Source: Acidobacteriota bacterium (GTDB lineage: Bacteria; Acidobacteriota; Vicinamibacteria; Vicinamibacterales; CAVVIG01). Taken from it: a stretch of 35,152 nt of DNA. The position numbers and the translations under genes were made by a program. The stretch spans positions 1 to 35,152 of the forward strand of contig JAYVMG010000617.1 of the NCBI GenBank assembly GCA_043759095.1, given 5' to 3'. The notes below the pieces were generated by a model. It ran no database searches and had not been told where the DNA came from. It worked only from the letters and a program-made list of their open reading frames with translations. The stretch's first letter is position 1. Each line of letters opens with the position of its first letter. Positions 27,166-35,152 of this stretch are shown here, piece by piece.

Positions 27166-29567
27166 AACGGGACAACCTCCTCGTTCGACGAGGACTCCGT
27201 CGCGCCGATCTCCGCCGGCGGAACGTCGAGGAGCAGGTCGAGGATCCTGAGCGCCGCGCTTTTTGCGAGCGGCCCCGTGTTCCCCACCGGGCCCACGCAA
27301 CCCGGGCACCCGTTTTCGCACGGGCACTCGGCGATCAGCTTGTGCGTGCTCGTCAACAACTCGCGGTGCAGCTCGTAGAGCGGCGCGCTGAAGCCGATGC
27401 CGCCGGGATAGTTGTCGTAGACGAAAATCTTCTGAGGGCTCGCCGCCGCGCCCTGGCCCCCATCGGCCTCGCCACTGTCGATCGAGATGCCGATGTCGTG
27501 CCCGTCGCACATCAGCAGCAGCTGCGCGACCTGCTTCAGCGCGAAGCCCAGTCCGACCACGCCGTCGCGGCGATCGTCTGACGCGTACGGCAGCACGCCC
27601 ATCACACTAGCTGGAATCGTCAGCCAGTACGCCGTCGTGTGCATCTGCTGCTCCGGTAGATCCAGTTCGCCCGAGCCGACGTTCTCGTTCGTGTAGAACT
27701 TGATCTTTTTGAAGCCGACCACGCGCGACACGACGTGCACTTCGCCGTGGGATCTTCGTGGCGCAACGCTTTGAGCGCTGCGATCGTCAGCGAAGGTGTC
27801 GATTGGCGTCACTTTCGTGTACGTGATCGCGGTCGTGTAATAGTCGCAATCGATCGCGCGCACGAACGCCTTGCGCCCCTCGACATCCAGCCGCTCCACC
27901 TGATACAACGTCCCCTCGACGATGTAGATGGCTTTCGGATGAAGCGTGCCTGGCCCGCTGGTGAAATCGGTTTCGCCGATGACGCGCGACTCCTGTGTGA
28001 TGTCGACGATCACGAAGTTGTCCGACGACACCGATCGCAGACTGACGGCGTCTGCCGGGTACGACTCGTTGGTCCACGTCCACGGCGACGCCTCGTCCGC
28101 GCGGTGCACCAGCCCCTGCTCGGACAGGATGCCGAGGATCTCCTGCACGTTCGGCCGGCCGAACGTTTCCGCAGAGGCGAAGGGCAGCTCGAACGCCGCG
28201 CACTTGATGTGATCGACGAGGATGTGCAGGTTGTCCGGGTCGATGAGCGCGCGCTCCGGTGACGCGTCGAAGAAGTACGACGGGTTGCGGACCACGAACT
28301 GGTCGAGCGGCGCGCTGCTGGCCACCATCACCGCCGCGGATCGGCCACTGCGCCGCCCTGCGCGGCCCGCGCGCTGCCACGTGGACGCAATCGTCCCCGG
28401 GTAACCGGCCATCACCGACACGTCGAGCGCACCGATGTCGATGCCGAGTTCCAGCGCGTTGGTCGAGACGACGGCGCGCACCGCGCCGTCCCTCAATCCC
28501 TTCTCTATTTCGCGACGCCGCAGCGGCAGATATCCACCCCGGTACCCTCGAATTTTTTCAGGACCGCCGGGTATCCCCTCGAAATCGTCCTTCAGATACG
28601 TCGTCAGGATTTCGGTGGAGAGGCGGCTCTGCGCGAAGACGATCACCTGCAGGTTGCGCTTGAGAAACTCGGACGCGACGCGGCGCGTTTCCGCCAGGTA
28701 CGAGCGGCGGATGCCGAGCTGGTGATTCACGACGGGCGGGTTCACGAAGACGAAGAATTTCTCGCCGCGCGGCGCACCGTTCCTGTCCACGAGTTCGAAC
28801 GGCTGCTCGGTGAGGCGTTCCGCCAACTCGCGCGGATTGGCAATCGTCGCCGACGAACAGAGGAAAACCGGATTGGATCCGTAATGCCGGCAGATCCGGC
28901 GCAGGCGCCGCAGGACGTTGCACAGGTGGCTGCCGAACACGCCGCGGTACGCGTGCAGTTCGTCGATGATCACGTAGCGCAGGTTCTCGAACAGCTTGGC
29001 CCATCGCGGATGGTGCGGCAGGATGCCCGAGTGCACCATGTCGGGATTGCTGAGGACGAGGTGCGCGCGCGAGCGAATCGTGCGCCGCGCATCCTGCGGC
29101 GTGTCGCCGTCGTAGGTGAACACGCCGATCCCCTGCGGCTCTAACGCCTCGCACATCGCCTGCAACTCCGCGAGCTGATCCTGCGCGAGCGCCTTGGTCG
29201 GAAACAGATACAGCGCGCGGCTCGATGGATCCTGGAGGATCGCGTTCAGCACCGGCGCGTTGTAGCAGAGTGTCTTGCCCGACGCGGTCGGCGTGATCAC
29301 CACCGTGTGCCGTCCGGCCAGCGCGTGCTCGATCGCTTCCGCCTGATGCGTGTAGAGCTGCTCGACGCCGCGCGAAACGAGCGCAGCCTTCAGCCGTGGA
29401 TCGAGCGCATCGGGAAACGGTGCGAGTTGGGCGGCGACCGCGGGAAGGCGCCGAACCGCGGTGACGTGAAGGTCGGGTGTGTCGGGACGATCGACGTCGC
29501 GGCCGCCGATGCGGTCCAGCGCCGCATCCAGCGCTCCGTCGCTGTGACTTCGTGTGGCGGGGAGCAT
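27162..29567 (-). CDS. mrfA: MrfA/YprA-like DEAD/DEAH-box helicase with C-terminal DUF1998 (four-Cys zinc domain)
   Basis: TPTASGKT, VIIDELHAYRG, QRAGRAGRR. C-terminal YDNYPGGIGFS..CPCENGCPGCV. Start set to ATG 29567. The ORF-track GTG 29633 would sit 3 nt from the divergent permease ATG. Confidence 0.88.
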   Translation of the reverse strand: MLPATRSHSDGALDAALDRIGGRDVDRPDTPDLHVTAVRRLPAVAAQLAPFPDALDPRLKAALVSRGVEQLYTHQAEAIEHALAGRHTVVITPTASGKTLCYNAPVLNAILQDPSSRALYLFPTKALAQDQLAELQAMCEALEPQGIGVFTYDGDTPQDARRTIRSRAHLVLSNPDMVHSGILPHHPRWAKLFENLRYVIIDELHAYRGVFGSHLCNVLRRLRRICRHYGSNPVFLCSSATIANPRELAERLTEQPFELVDRNGAPRGEKFFVFVNPPVVNHQLGIRRSYLAETRRVASEFLKRNLQVIVFAQSRLSTEILTTYLKDDFEGIPGGPEKIRGYRGGYLPLRRREIEKGLRDGAVRAVVSTNALELGIDIGALDVSVMAGYPGTIASTWQRAGRAGRRSGRSAAVMVASSAPLDQFVVRNPSYFFDASPERALIDPDNLHILVDHIKCAAFELPFASAETFGRPNVQEILGILSEQGLVHRADEASPWTWTNESYPADAVSLRSVSSDNFVIVDITQESRVIGETDFTSGPGTLHPKAIYIVEGTLYQVERLDVEGRKAFVRAIDCDYYTTAITYTKVTPIDTFADDRSAQSVAPRRSHGEVHVVSRVVGFKKIKFYTNENVGSGELDLPEQQMHTTAYWLTIPASVMGVLPYASDDRRDGVVGLGFALKQVAQLLLMCDGHDIGISIDSGEADGGQGAAASPQKIFVYDNYPGGIGFSAPLYELHRELLTSTHKLIAECPCENGCPGCVGPVGNTGPLAKSAALRILDLLLDVPPAEIGATESSSNEEVVPF

Positions 29568-29636
29568 GGCGGAGCATCGTACCAAGGAGGCGAACAAATG
29601 GCAAAGGGATCGTTGTGTTAGTCTTCCGCCCACCTC

Positions 29637-30983
29637 ATGAGCACACTAGGCGCTCCGGCGGAACGTCTCCCGAGAACGCTCGGGTTGTGGAGTTCTGTCG
29701 CGCTGGTCATCGGGATCACGATCGGATCCGGCATCTTCCGCTCCCCCGCCGGGATCGCGCAGAAAGTGCCCAGCCCGACGCTGATGATCGCGCTCTGGGT
29801 CGTCGGCGGCTTGATCACGCTGTGCGGCGCGCTGTCGCTGGCCGAACTCGCGGCCGCGCTGCCTGAAACCGGCGGCTTCTACGCGTACCTGCGCGAAGGC
29901 TGGGGGCGTCAGTGGGCGTTCTGCTTCGGCTGGTCGGAGCTCGTCTTGATTCGCGCCTCGGCGCTCGGCGGAATCGCGGTCGTGTTCGGTGAGTATTTTC
30001 TCCGCAGCGTGGGCGTCGATCCGGTCGAACACTACATCGCGGCGCGCGCCCTGTCTGCCGCCGCCATCGCCTTTGCCGCCTGCGCCAACATTGTCGGCGC
30101 CAATGTCGGGGCCGCGATCGTGGGCGTCTCGACGTTCGCCAAATTTTCGGCTCTGGTAGTTCTGGTGGGCGCCTCGTTTCTGCTCGGCGGTGCGCACGGC
30201 GCCAGCGTCTCGCACCTGACGGCGGCAGCACCAGGGCCGATCGGCACTGGAGCGATGGGCCTCGCGCTCGTCAGCGTGCTGTGGGCGTACGACGGCTGGG
30301 GCGACCTGTCGTTCGCGGCCGGCGAGGTGAAGGATCCGCAACGGAACCTGCCCCGGGCCATCATCCTCGGTACGCTGGCGCTGATCGCCATCTATGTCCT
30401 GACCAACGTCGCCTATCTCTACGTCATCCCGATTACGCGGATTGCCAACCCGGCCACGCCGTTGGTGGCGGCGGACACGATGATGGCGTTGTTCGGGCGG
30501 ACCGGCGTCGTGCTGGTCTCGGTGTTCGTGATGATTTCTTCGTTCAGCTCGCTGAACGGCAGCATGCTCGCGTCGCCACGCGTGTTCTTCGCCATGGCCG
30601 ATGATGGGATGTTCTTCGAGTCGATCGCGAGGGTGCACCCGCGTTTCAAGACGCCGTACATCGCGATTATCCTGGCGGCCGTGCTCGGCATGGCGCTCGT
30701 GATGAGCCGAAGTTTCGAGGCGTTGACGGAAACCTTCGTCCTCGCGATCTGGCCGTTCTACGCGCTCGGCATCGCGGCGATCTACCGCCTCCGCAAGCAG
30801 CGGCCCGACATGCCGCGCCCCTACAAGGTCATTGGCTATCCGGTGGTGCCAGCGATCTTCATCGTTTCGGTGGCCGCGTTCGTCGTGAACGCGCTCATCC
30901 ACGAGCCGGTGCCGACCATCATCACCTTCGCGTTGATCCTCGCCGGCCTGCCCGTGTATCACTTCGCGTTCGCGCGGCGCTGA
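29637..30983 (+). CDS. APC-superfamily amino acid permease
   Basis: 448 aa with ~12 hydrophobic segments. LPRTLGLWSSVALVIGITIGSGIFRSP. Confidence 0.88.
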   Translation: MSTLGAPAERLPRTLGLWSSVALVIGITIGSGIFRSPAGIAQKVPSPTLMIALWVVGGLITLCGALSLAELAAALPETGGFYAYLREGWGRQWAFCFGWSELVLIRASALGGIAVVFGEYFLRSVGVDPVEHYIAARALSAAAIAFAACANIVGANVGAAIVGVSTFAKFSALVVLVGASFLLGGAHGASVSHLTAAAPGPIGTGAMGLALVSVLWAYDGWGDLSFAAGEVKDPQRNLPRAIILGTLALIAIYVLTNVAYLYVIPITRIANPATPLVAADTMMALFGRTGVVLVSVFVMISSFSSLNGSMLASPRVFFAMADDGMFFESIARVHPRFKTPYIAIILAAVLGMALVMSRSFEALTETFVLAIWPFYALGIAAIYRLRKQRPDMPRPYKVIGYPVVPAIFIVSVAAFVVNALIHEPVPTIITFALILAGLPVYHFAFARR

Positions 30984-31315
30984 TCTTTTTTCAATCTTTC
31001 CGGTTTTTTTTCTTGATCCCCAGCGCGGTACTGTTACTCTTTTTTCTCGCGCGGGCTTGTCGCCGGTATGTTCCTGCTGAGGAGTTCCGAAGATGGATGC
31101 ACGCGAGCCGCGACTGCGGCGCCGAGGGTTCTTCCTGCACTCGTCCGAAGGCGGCGAACCGGATACCGGCGAACACGAGAACCCCGAAGGGTTCATCGTT
31201 CGCGTGTGCTTCCCGGGAAACCCGGTCCCACGCAAGATGGTCAGCGCCCGCGGTCTGTCGGGAGGCGGCCGATCGCACCGCACCGACGCGGACGACATCG
31301 ACGTCCTGCCGGCGA

Positions 31316-32101
31316 TTAGATCAGGGAGCGTGACTGGCAGCCGTCAACGGTCACACTTGCCCCGCTGATCCAGCTCGCGCGACCCGACACCAGGAACGCG
31401 ACGACCGCCCCGACTTCTTCGGGACGGCCAAACCGCCCGAACGGCAGTTCCCGCCGCACGAACTCCGCCATCCCGTCCGGATCGTCCTGGACGCGTCGAT
31501 CCCACGACCCTCCAGGAAAACGAATCGACCCCGGCGCCACGCTGTTGACGCGGATGTTGTCGCGCGCCAGTTGCTGCGCCATCGCCTTGGCGAGGCTGAT
31601 CTCGGCCGCCTTGACGGCGTTGTAGGTCATGCGGCCGCCTGATTCGCGGCCCCAGATCGAGGCAATCATCACGATCGCGCCGCCGCCGCGCTTCCGCATG
31701 AGCGGCACGGCCAGTCTCGACGCCCGCACCGCCGGAAAGAGCGTCTGATCGAACGACTCCTGCCACTCGGCGTCGCTGGTATCGACGATCCCGGCGCCCT
31801 TGGCCAGGCCGATGTTGTTGACGAGGATGTCGAGTCCGCCGAAGGTCTCTACGGTCCGGGTCACAACGGCGGCCACGCCATCGGCCGTCGCGAGATCCGC
31901 AGCCACGGCAAGCACGCGCGACGGACCATTCGCGCCCGCCAGCGCCGTCAGCTCGGCGGCGGCTTCCTTCAGCGTCGCCTCACCTCGCGCGCAGATCGTG
32001 ACCCTGCAGCCTTCTTCGACCAGCGCGCGCGCAGTGGCCAGGCCCAGTCCTTTGCTCGACCCCGTCACGATCGCCACCTTGTCGTTGAGTCCTAAATCCA
32101 T
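31316..32101 (-). CDS. short-chain dehydrogenase/reductase (FabG-like)
   Basis: KVAIVTGSSKGLGLATA (TGxxxGxG), NNIG, catalytic YNAVKAA (YxxxK). Confidence 0.9.
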   Translation of the reverse strand: MDLGLNDKVAIVTGSSKGLGLATARALVEEGCRVTICARGEATLKEAAAELTALAGANGPSRVLAVAADLATADGVAAVVTRTVETFGGLDILVNNIGLAKGAGIVDTSDAEWQESFDQTLFPAVRASRLAVPLMRKRGGGAIVMIASIWGRESGGRMTYNAVKAAEISLAKAMAQQLARDNIRVNSVAPGSIRFPGGSWDRRVQDDPDGMAEFVRRELPFGRFGRPEEVGAVVAFLVSGRASWISGASVTVDGCQSRSLI

Positions 32102-32150
32102 CGGTCTCTCTGCCCCACCTGACCAACCCGCCTCACCCGACCGACCACCG

Positions 32151-32987
32151 TCATCGGCCCCCGCGGCCTGTCAGGTCGTTCAGCGTCCAGTCGAACGTCG
32201 AATAGGTGACCTGAAACGTGTTCTTCCCGATGAATTCCTTTTCCGTCGCCAGCAGTTTCGGCTGAACGAACGCGAGCGCGGCGCGCTCGATGGGGCTGCG
32301 CGCAGCAAACGCCGCGGGCGCCTGGTCGGCATACGCCGCCGAAAATTCCTTTTCGCGCCACGAGAAGATCGCGCTGAGGCTCACCTTGCCGTTCTCGCGA
32401 TCGATCGCGAGGCACTGCCTTCGGTTGACGCACTCCGCCGCCACATCGGCGAGCTGCTCCTCGATCCGCGACGACACGAACGCCTCGCTGCGGAGCCGAC
32501 CGCTGCCGGCCGCGCCGCGCCCGATCGCAAAATACACCCGTGGATCGTGAAAACCAGCCAGCACGGTCGTCTCGATCTGATCGAGGGTCATCGTGCGCCC
32601 GGCGACGCGATGCGGCAGACGCTCGAACGCGCCGGAAATCTGCCGGATGCTCTTCGCGGGATACTCGGTCGCGCGCCCATGAATCGGATAGTGATCGACA
32701 ATCGTCCGGAGCACCAGCGCGTTGTACGCGTTCAGCCAGAACGCCATCTGCTCGTCGCGCGGAAGTTTGTCCACCGACACCGTGGCCAGCATGTTGGCAT
32801 AGCCGTCGAGCCGCGCATGCTCGGATTTCAGCGCGCGGTAGTAGACGTCGCCGTTGCGGACGTAGAGATCGAGCAGCTGATCGAACGTCTTGCTGCGCGC
32901 GACCTCGGATGATTCCTGCGCCGCCGGCGCCGCGACGATGCAGCACGCGAGCACGACAACCAAGGAACGTAAGGAAGGCAAAGACAT
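32151..32987 (-). CDS. secreted DUF547-domain protein
   Basis: ATG 32987 gives the signal peptide MSLPSLRSLVVVLACCIVAAPAAQ. DUF547-type core MAFWLNAYNALVLRTIV..DPRVYFAI. Confidence 0.8.
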   Translation of the reverse strand: MSLPSLRSLVVVLACCIVAAPAAQESSEVARSKTFDQLLDLYVRNGDVYYRALKSEHARLDGYANMLATVSVDKLPRDEQMAFWLNAYNALVLRTIVDHYPIHGRATEYPAKSIRQISGAFERLPHRVAGRTMTLDQIETTVLAGFHDPRVYFAIGRGAAGSGRLRSEAFVSSRIEEQLADVAAECVNRRQCLAIDRENGKVSLSAIFSWREKEFSAAYADQAPAAFAARSPIERAALAFVQPKLLATEKEFIGKNTFQVTYSTFDWTLNDLTGRGGR

Positions 32988-32994
32988 CGTTCGA

Positions 32995-33795
32995 CTATAC
33001 CCGACTGCCAAGGAAGGCCGCGAGAGCTGCATTGAACAGCTCGGGCTGCTCGAGGTTGCTCAGGTGTCCTGCCTGCGGAATGCGCACGAGTTGGGAACCG
33101 GCAATGCCCTGATGCATCTCTTCGGCAGCAGCAGGCGGCGTCAGCGTGTCCTCGTCGCCGACGACGATCAGCGTCGGGACATGAATCGTGTTCAGGAGCG
33201 GTGTTGAATCGGGTCGCGTCATCAACGCGCGCAAACCGCCGCTGATCGCTTCGGCCGAGCTGTCGAGCATCAACGACCGCACCTGCTCCACCACCGCCGG
33301 CCGGGTCGTCCGGGCCGTCTCGCCCAACACATTCGGGATCATCGCATCGGCGACGGCTGACGGCCCCTTCTCCCGCACGATCTGAAGCATGCGCGTGCGC
33401 CCGGCAATGCCTTCCGGCGTATCCGCCTGCGAGCGCGTGTCGGCGAGGATCAGTCCCTGAACGTAGCGCGCCGCGTAGCGCAACATCGCGAACGCGACGT
33501 AGCCGCCCATCGACAGACCGCCGACGACCGCCAGTTTGATATGCAGGGCATCGAGGAGATCGATCACATCGCCAGCGTAGTCGTCGACAGACGCGGTGGA
33601 CGGATCGCCCGCGCCGCCGTCGTAGCCGCGCAGCTGCGGCGCGATCACATGCCAGCCGGTTTGTGCGAGCGTAAGCTGGCCTTCCCACATGCGCGCGTTC
33701 AGGGGGAACGCGTGCAACAGCACGAGCGTGCCGCGCGGGCGGTCAGTGGAGGGCGGAAGAGCTTCGAGGTAGCGCAGGCGTCCGATGTTGGGCAT
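32995..33795 (-). CDS. alpha/beta-fold hydrolase
   Basis: LVLLHAFPLNARMW, nucleophile elbow GGLSMGGYVAF, C-terminal GHLSNLEQPE. Confidence 0.88.
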   Translation of the reverse strand: MPNIGRLRYLEALPPSTDRPRGTLVLLHAFPLNARMWEGQLTLAQTGWHVIAPQLRGYDGGAGDPSTASVDDYAGDVIDLLDALHIKLAVVGGLSMGGYVAFAMLRYAARYVQGLILADTRSQADTPEGIAGRTRMLQIVREKGPSAVADAMIPNVLGETARTTRPAVVEQVRSLMLDSSAEAISGGLRALMTRPDSTPLLNTIHVPTLIVVGDEDTLTPPAAAEEMHQGIAGSQLVRIPQAGHLSNLEQPELFNAALAAFLGSRV

Positions 33796-33804
33796 CGCAC
33801 TATT

Positions 33805-33923
33805 GTGAACTGAGAACTGAGAACTGAGAACTCAGAACTGAGAAATCGGAGGCACTCTGCACCCTGCACTCTGCACCCTGCACCCTGCACCCTGCACCGT
33901 ACAAGATGCACCCTGCACGGTGT
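33805..33923 (-). repeat. 17-unit in-register heptanucleotide array filling the symporter-hydrolase spacer (plus strand GAGAACT x6, then ACCCTGC-type x10)
   Basis: From 33805 in steps of 7: GTGAACT GAGAACT GAGAACT GAGAACT CAGAACT GAGAAAT CGGAGGC ACTCTGC ACCCTGC ACTCTGC ACCCTGC ACCCTGC ACCCTGC ACCGTAC AAGATGC ACCCTGC ACGGTGT. The sense (minus) strand reads GCAGGGT repeats followed by AGTTCTC repeats. Confidence 0.88.
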
Positions 33924-35152
33924 CAGGCGCGCTTGCGCAACACCGCCGCGAGCGTCATGCTGCCTGTGACGTTGGCCGTCGTGCGGAACATGTCGGGGAT
34001 CGTGTCCACGGCAAGCAGGATGCCGATGCCGTCGATGGGCAGGTTGACGGCCGCGAGCACCGGCACCATCGCGATGATGCTGCCGCCGGGAACGCCGGGG
34101 ACGGCAAATGTGCTGAGGATCACCGTGAACACCATCGAGGCGAGCTGCGCGGGCGACAGCGTGGCCCCGTAGAGGCGCGCGAGAAACAGCACGCCGACCG
34201 GCATCGCCACCGCCGCACCGACGCGGAACACCGACGCGGCCAGCGGCAGGACGAAGCGCGACACGACAGGCGGCAGCTCCGCCCGTTCGGCGCTTTCGAC
34301 CATCGCCGGCATGGCCGCCAGCGACGACCGCGATGCGAACGCCACGGCTTGCGCCGGCGCGCACAACGATATGAAGGCCTTCGGCGACATCCCGCCCGCG
34401 ATGATCCCGATCGGATACAGCAGCACCACGCCGGCCAGGATTGTCAGCAACACGACGAGCACGATATACGCGATGACGGCGCCGGCAGCGGCAAGCCCGA
34501 GCTTCGAGGCCAGGGGCACCGCCAACGCGAACACGCCCACTGGTGCGAACTCGAGGATGCCGGCCACCAGTCGCTGCATCGCATCGGCAACGCCCTGCAC
34601 CACGCGCAACACGGCGTCACGCCGCTCGGCGGCCACACGCGCCAGTGCGATCCCGAACAACACGGAGAACACGATCACCGGCAGCATCGCGCCGTCAGCC
34701 GCCGCCTTCGTCACGTTCTGCGGCACGAGGTCGATGAACCACTGCGCGATCGCCGGCGTGCCTGCCGGCGCCGCCGCGGCGCCCGGCACGGCAGCCGCCG
34801 GTCCGCGCAGCGCCATCGCGGCCTGCTGATCGATCTGAATCCGCGCGAACGCAGGGGTCGCGATTGCGATGGTCATCACCGCGGTCACCGCGAGACAGGC
34901 GACGGCCATCACCGCCGCGCGCGCGCCGACGCGCCCAAGCGCGCCCGATGACGCCAGCGAGCCGACGCTGGCAATCAGCATCGACGCCACCAGCGGCATC
35001 ACGGTCATCCGGATCAGGTTGATGAAGATCGTGCCGACCGGCGCCATCACGGCAAGCAGCGTGGCGACGGCCGGAGATGTGGAGCCGGCCAGCGCGAGGC
35101 CGAGAGAGAAACCGGCGACGAGGCCGATGAGAACCCGGGAGGTCAGTGACAT
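33923..35152 (-). CDS. dicarboxylate/amino acid:cation symporter (DAACS, GltP/DctA-like)
   Basis: 409 aa. The ATG sits exactly at the window edge (35152). RMTVMPLVASMLI, FAPVGVFALAVP, SRSSLAAMPAMV, VPGVPGGSIIAMVPVL..LLAVDTIPDMFRTTANVTGS. Confidence 0.88.
   Translation of the reverse strand: MSLTSRVLIGLVAGFSLGLALAGSTSPAVATLLAVMAPVGTIFINLIRMTVMPLVASMLIASVGSLASSGALGRVGARAAVMAVACLAVTAVMTIAIATPAFARIQIDQQAAMALRGPAAAVPGAAAAPAGTPAIAQWFIDLVPQNVTKAAADGAMLPVIVFSVLFGIALARVAAERRDAVLRVVQGVADAMQRLVAGILEFAPVGVFALAVPLASKLGLAAAGAVIAYIVLVVLLTILAGVVLLYPIGIIAGGMSPKAFISLCAPAQAVAFASRSSLAAMPAMVESAERAELPPVVSRFVLPLAASVFRVGAAVAMPVGVLFLARLYGATLSPAQLASMVFTVILSTFAVPGVPGGSIIAMVPVLAAVNLPIDGIGILLAVDTIPDMFRTTANVTGSMTLAAVLRKRA

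Noticed and set aside
27166-27510. ORF-track N-terminal extension of the exonuclease gene (115 codons), and analogous extensions at 3285-3404, 4466-5233, 5296-5862, 6039-6212, 8848-9060 and 13891-14118
   Set aside because: The extensions lie inside the preceding gene in another frame and are Arg-rich. They are unnecessary once the stop-overlapping or nearby starts are used.
32102-32150. G-rich (sense-strand) DUF547-SDR spacer as a further period-7 or G4 element
   Set aside because: It has only three G3+ tracts plus GG runs, and the spacing is irregular (9, 9, 5, 4, 3). It does not meet the pattern seen in the other arrays.
33805-33923. Heptamer arrays as CRISPR arrays
   Set aside because: The units are 7 nt with no unique spacers between them, there is no leader, and no cas genes occur in the window.

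Overview
High-GC bacterial chromosomal window; the taxon cannot be fixed from the sequence alone. I call about 33 protein genes and one tRNA. (1) Bases 1-9880, minus strand: one tightly coupled glycan/EPS operon. In transcription order it encodes an AAA+/Fis regulator with a degenerate ATPase, a Wza-like exporter, an AsnB-family amidotransferase, a SAM methyltransferase, an FkbM methyltransferase, a GT4, a polysaccharide deacetylase chimera, a GT2, and a WecE/DegT aminotransferase. The aminotransferase runs off the left edge and is absent from the ORF track. (2) 9881-10510: an atypically AT-rich divergent control region. (3) 10511-12523, plus strand: a frameshifted ECF sigma, a ZAS anti-sigma and an orphan Dam-family methyltransferase. 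(4) 12530-15960, minus strand: a second glycan module with a GT-C membrane transferase, a small methyltransferase-like ORF, a GT2 and an N-terminally eroded methyltransferase. (5) tRNA-Leu(UAG), followed by a decayed GT-C-like remnant. (6) Housekeeping block tig-clpP-clpX-lon-engB-rho, then an aldo-keto reductase and rpmE. (7) A MrfA/YprA-like DUF1998 helicase with a MrfB/YprB-like DEDDh-TPR exonuclease. (8) An APC permease, then on the minus strand an SDR, a DUF547 protein, an alpha/beta hydrolase and a DAACS symporter. The main unexplained signal is that four same-strand intergenic spacers consist almost entirely of in-register 7-nt periodic repeat arrays. Two of these (dam 5' region, clpP-clpX) form canonical G3N4G3N4G3N4G3 quadruplex motifs on the sense strand; a third (33805-33923) forms one only if an 11-nt loop is allowed. 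Other oddities: engB has no canonical start codon (CTGA junction with lon); engB and rho overlap out of frame by 103 nt; a Shine-Dalgarno-driven 7-codon uORF lies in frame with the permease; 4-nt stop/start overlaps are pervasive; several methyltransferase and GT-C genes look eroded. All homology statements come from motif recognition by eye. No database search was possible.
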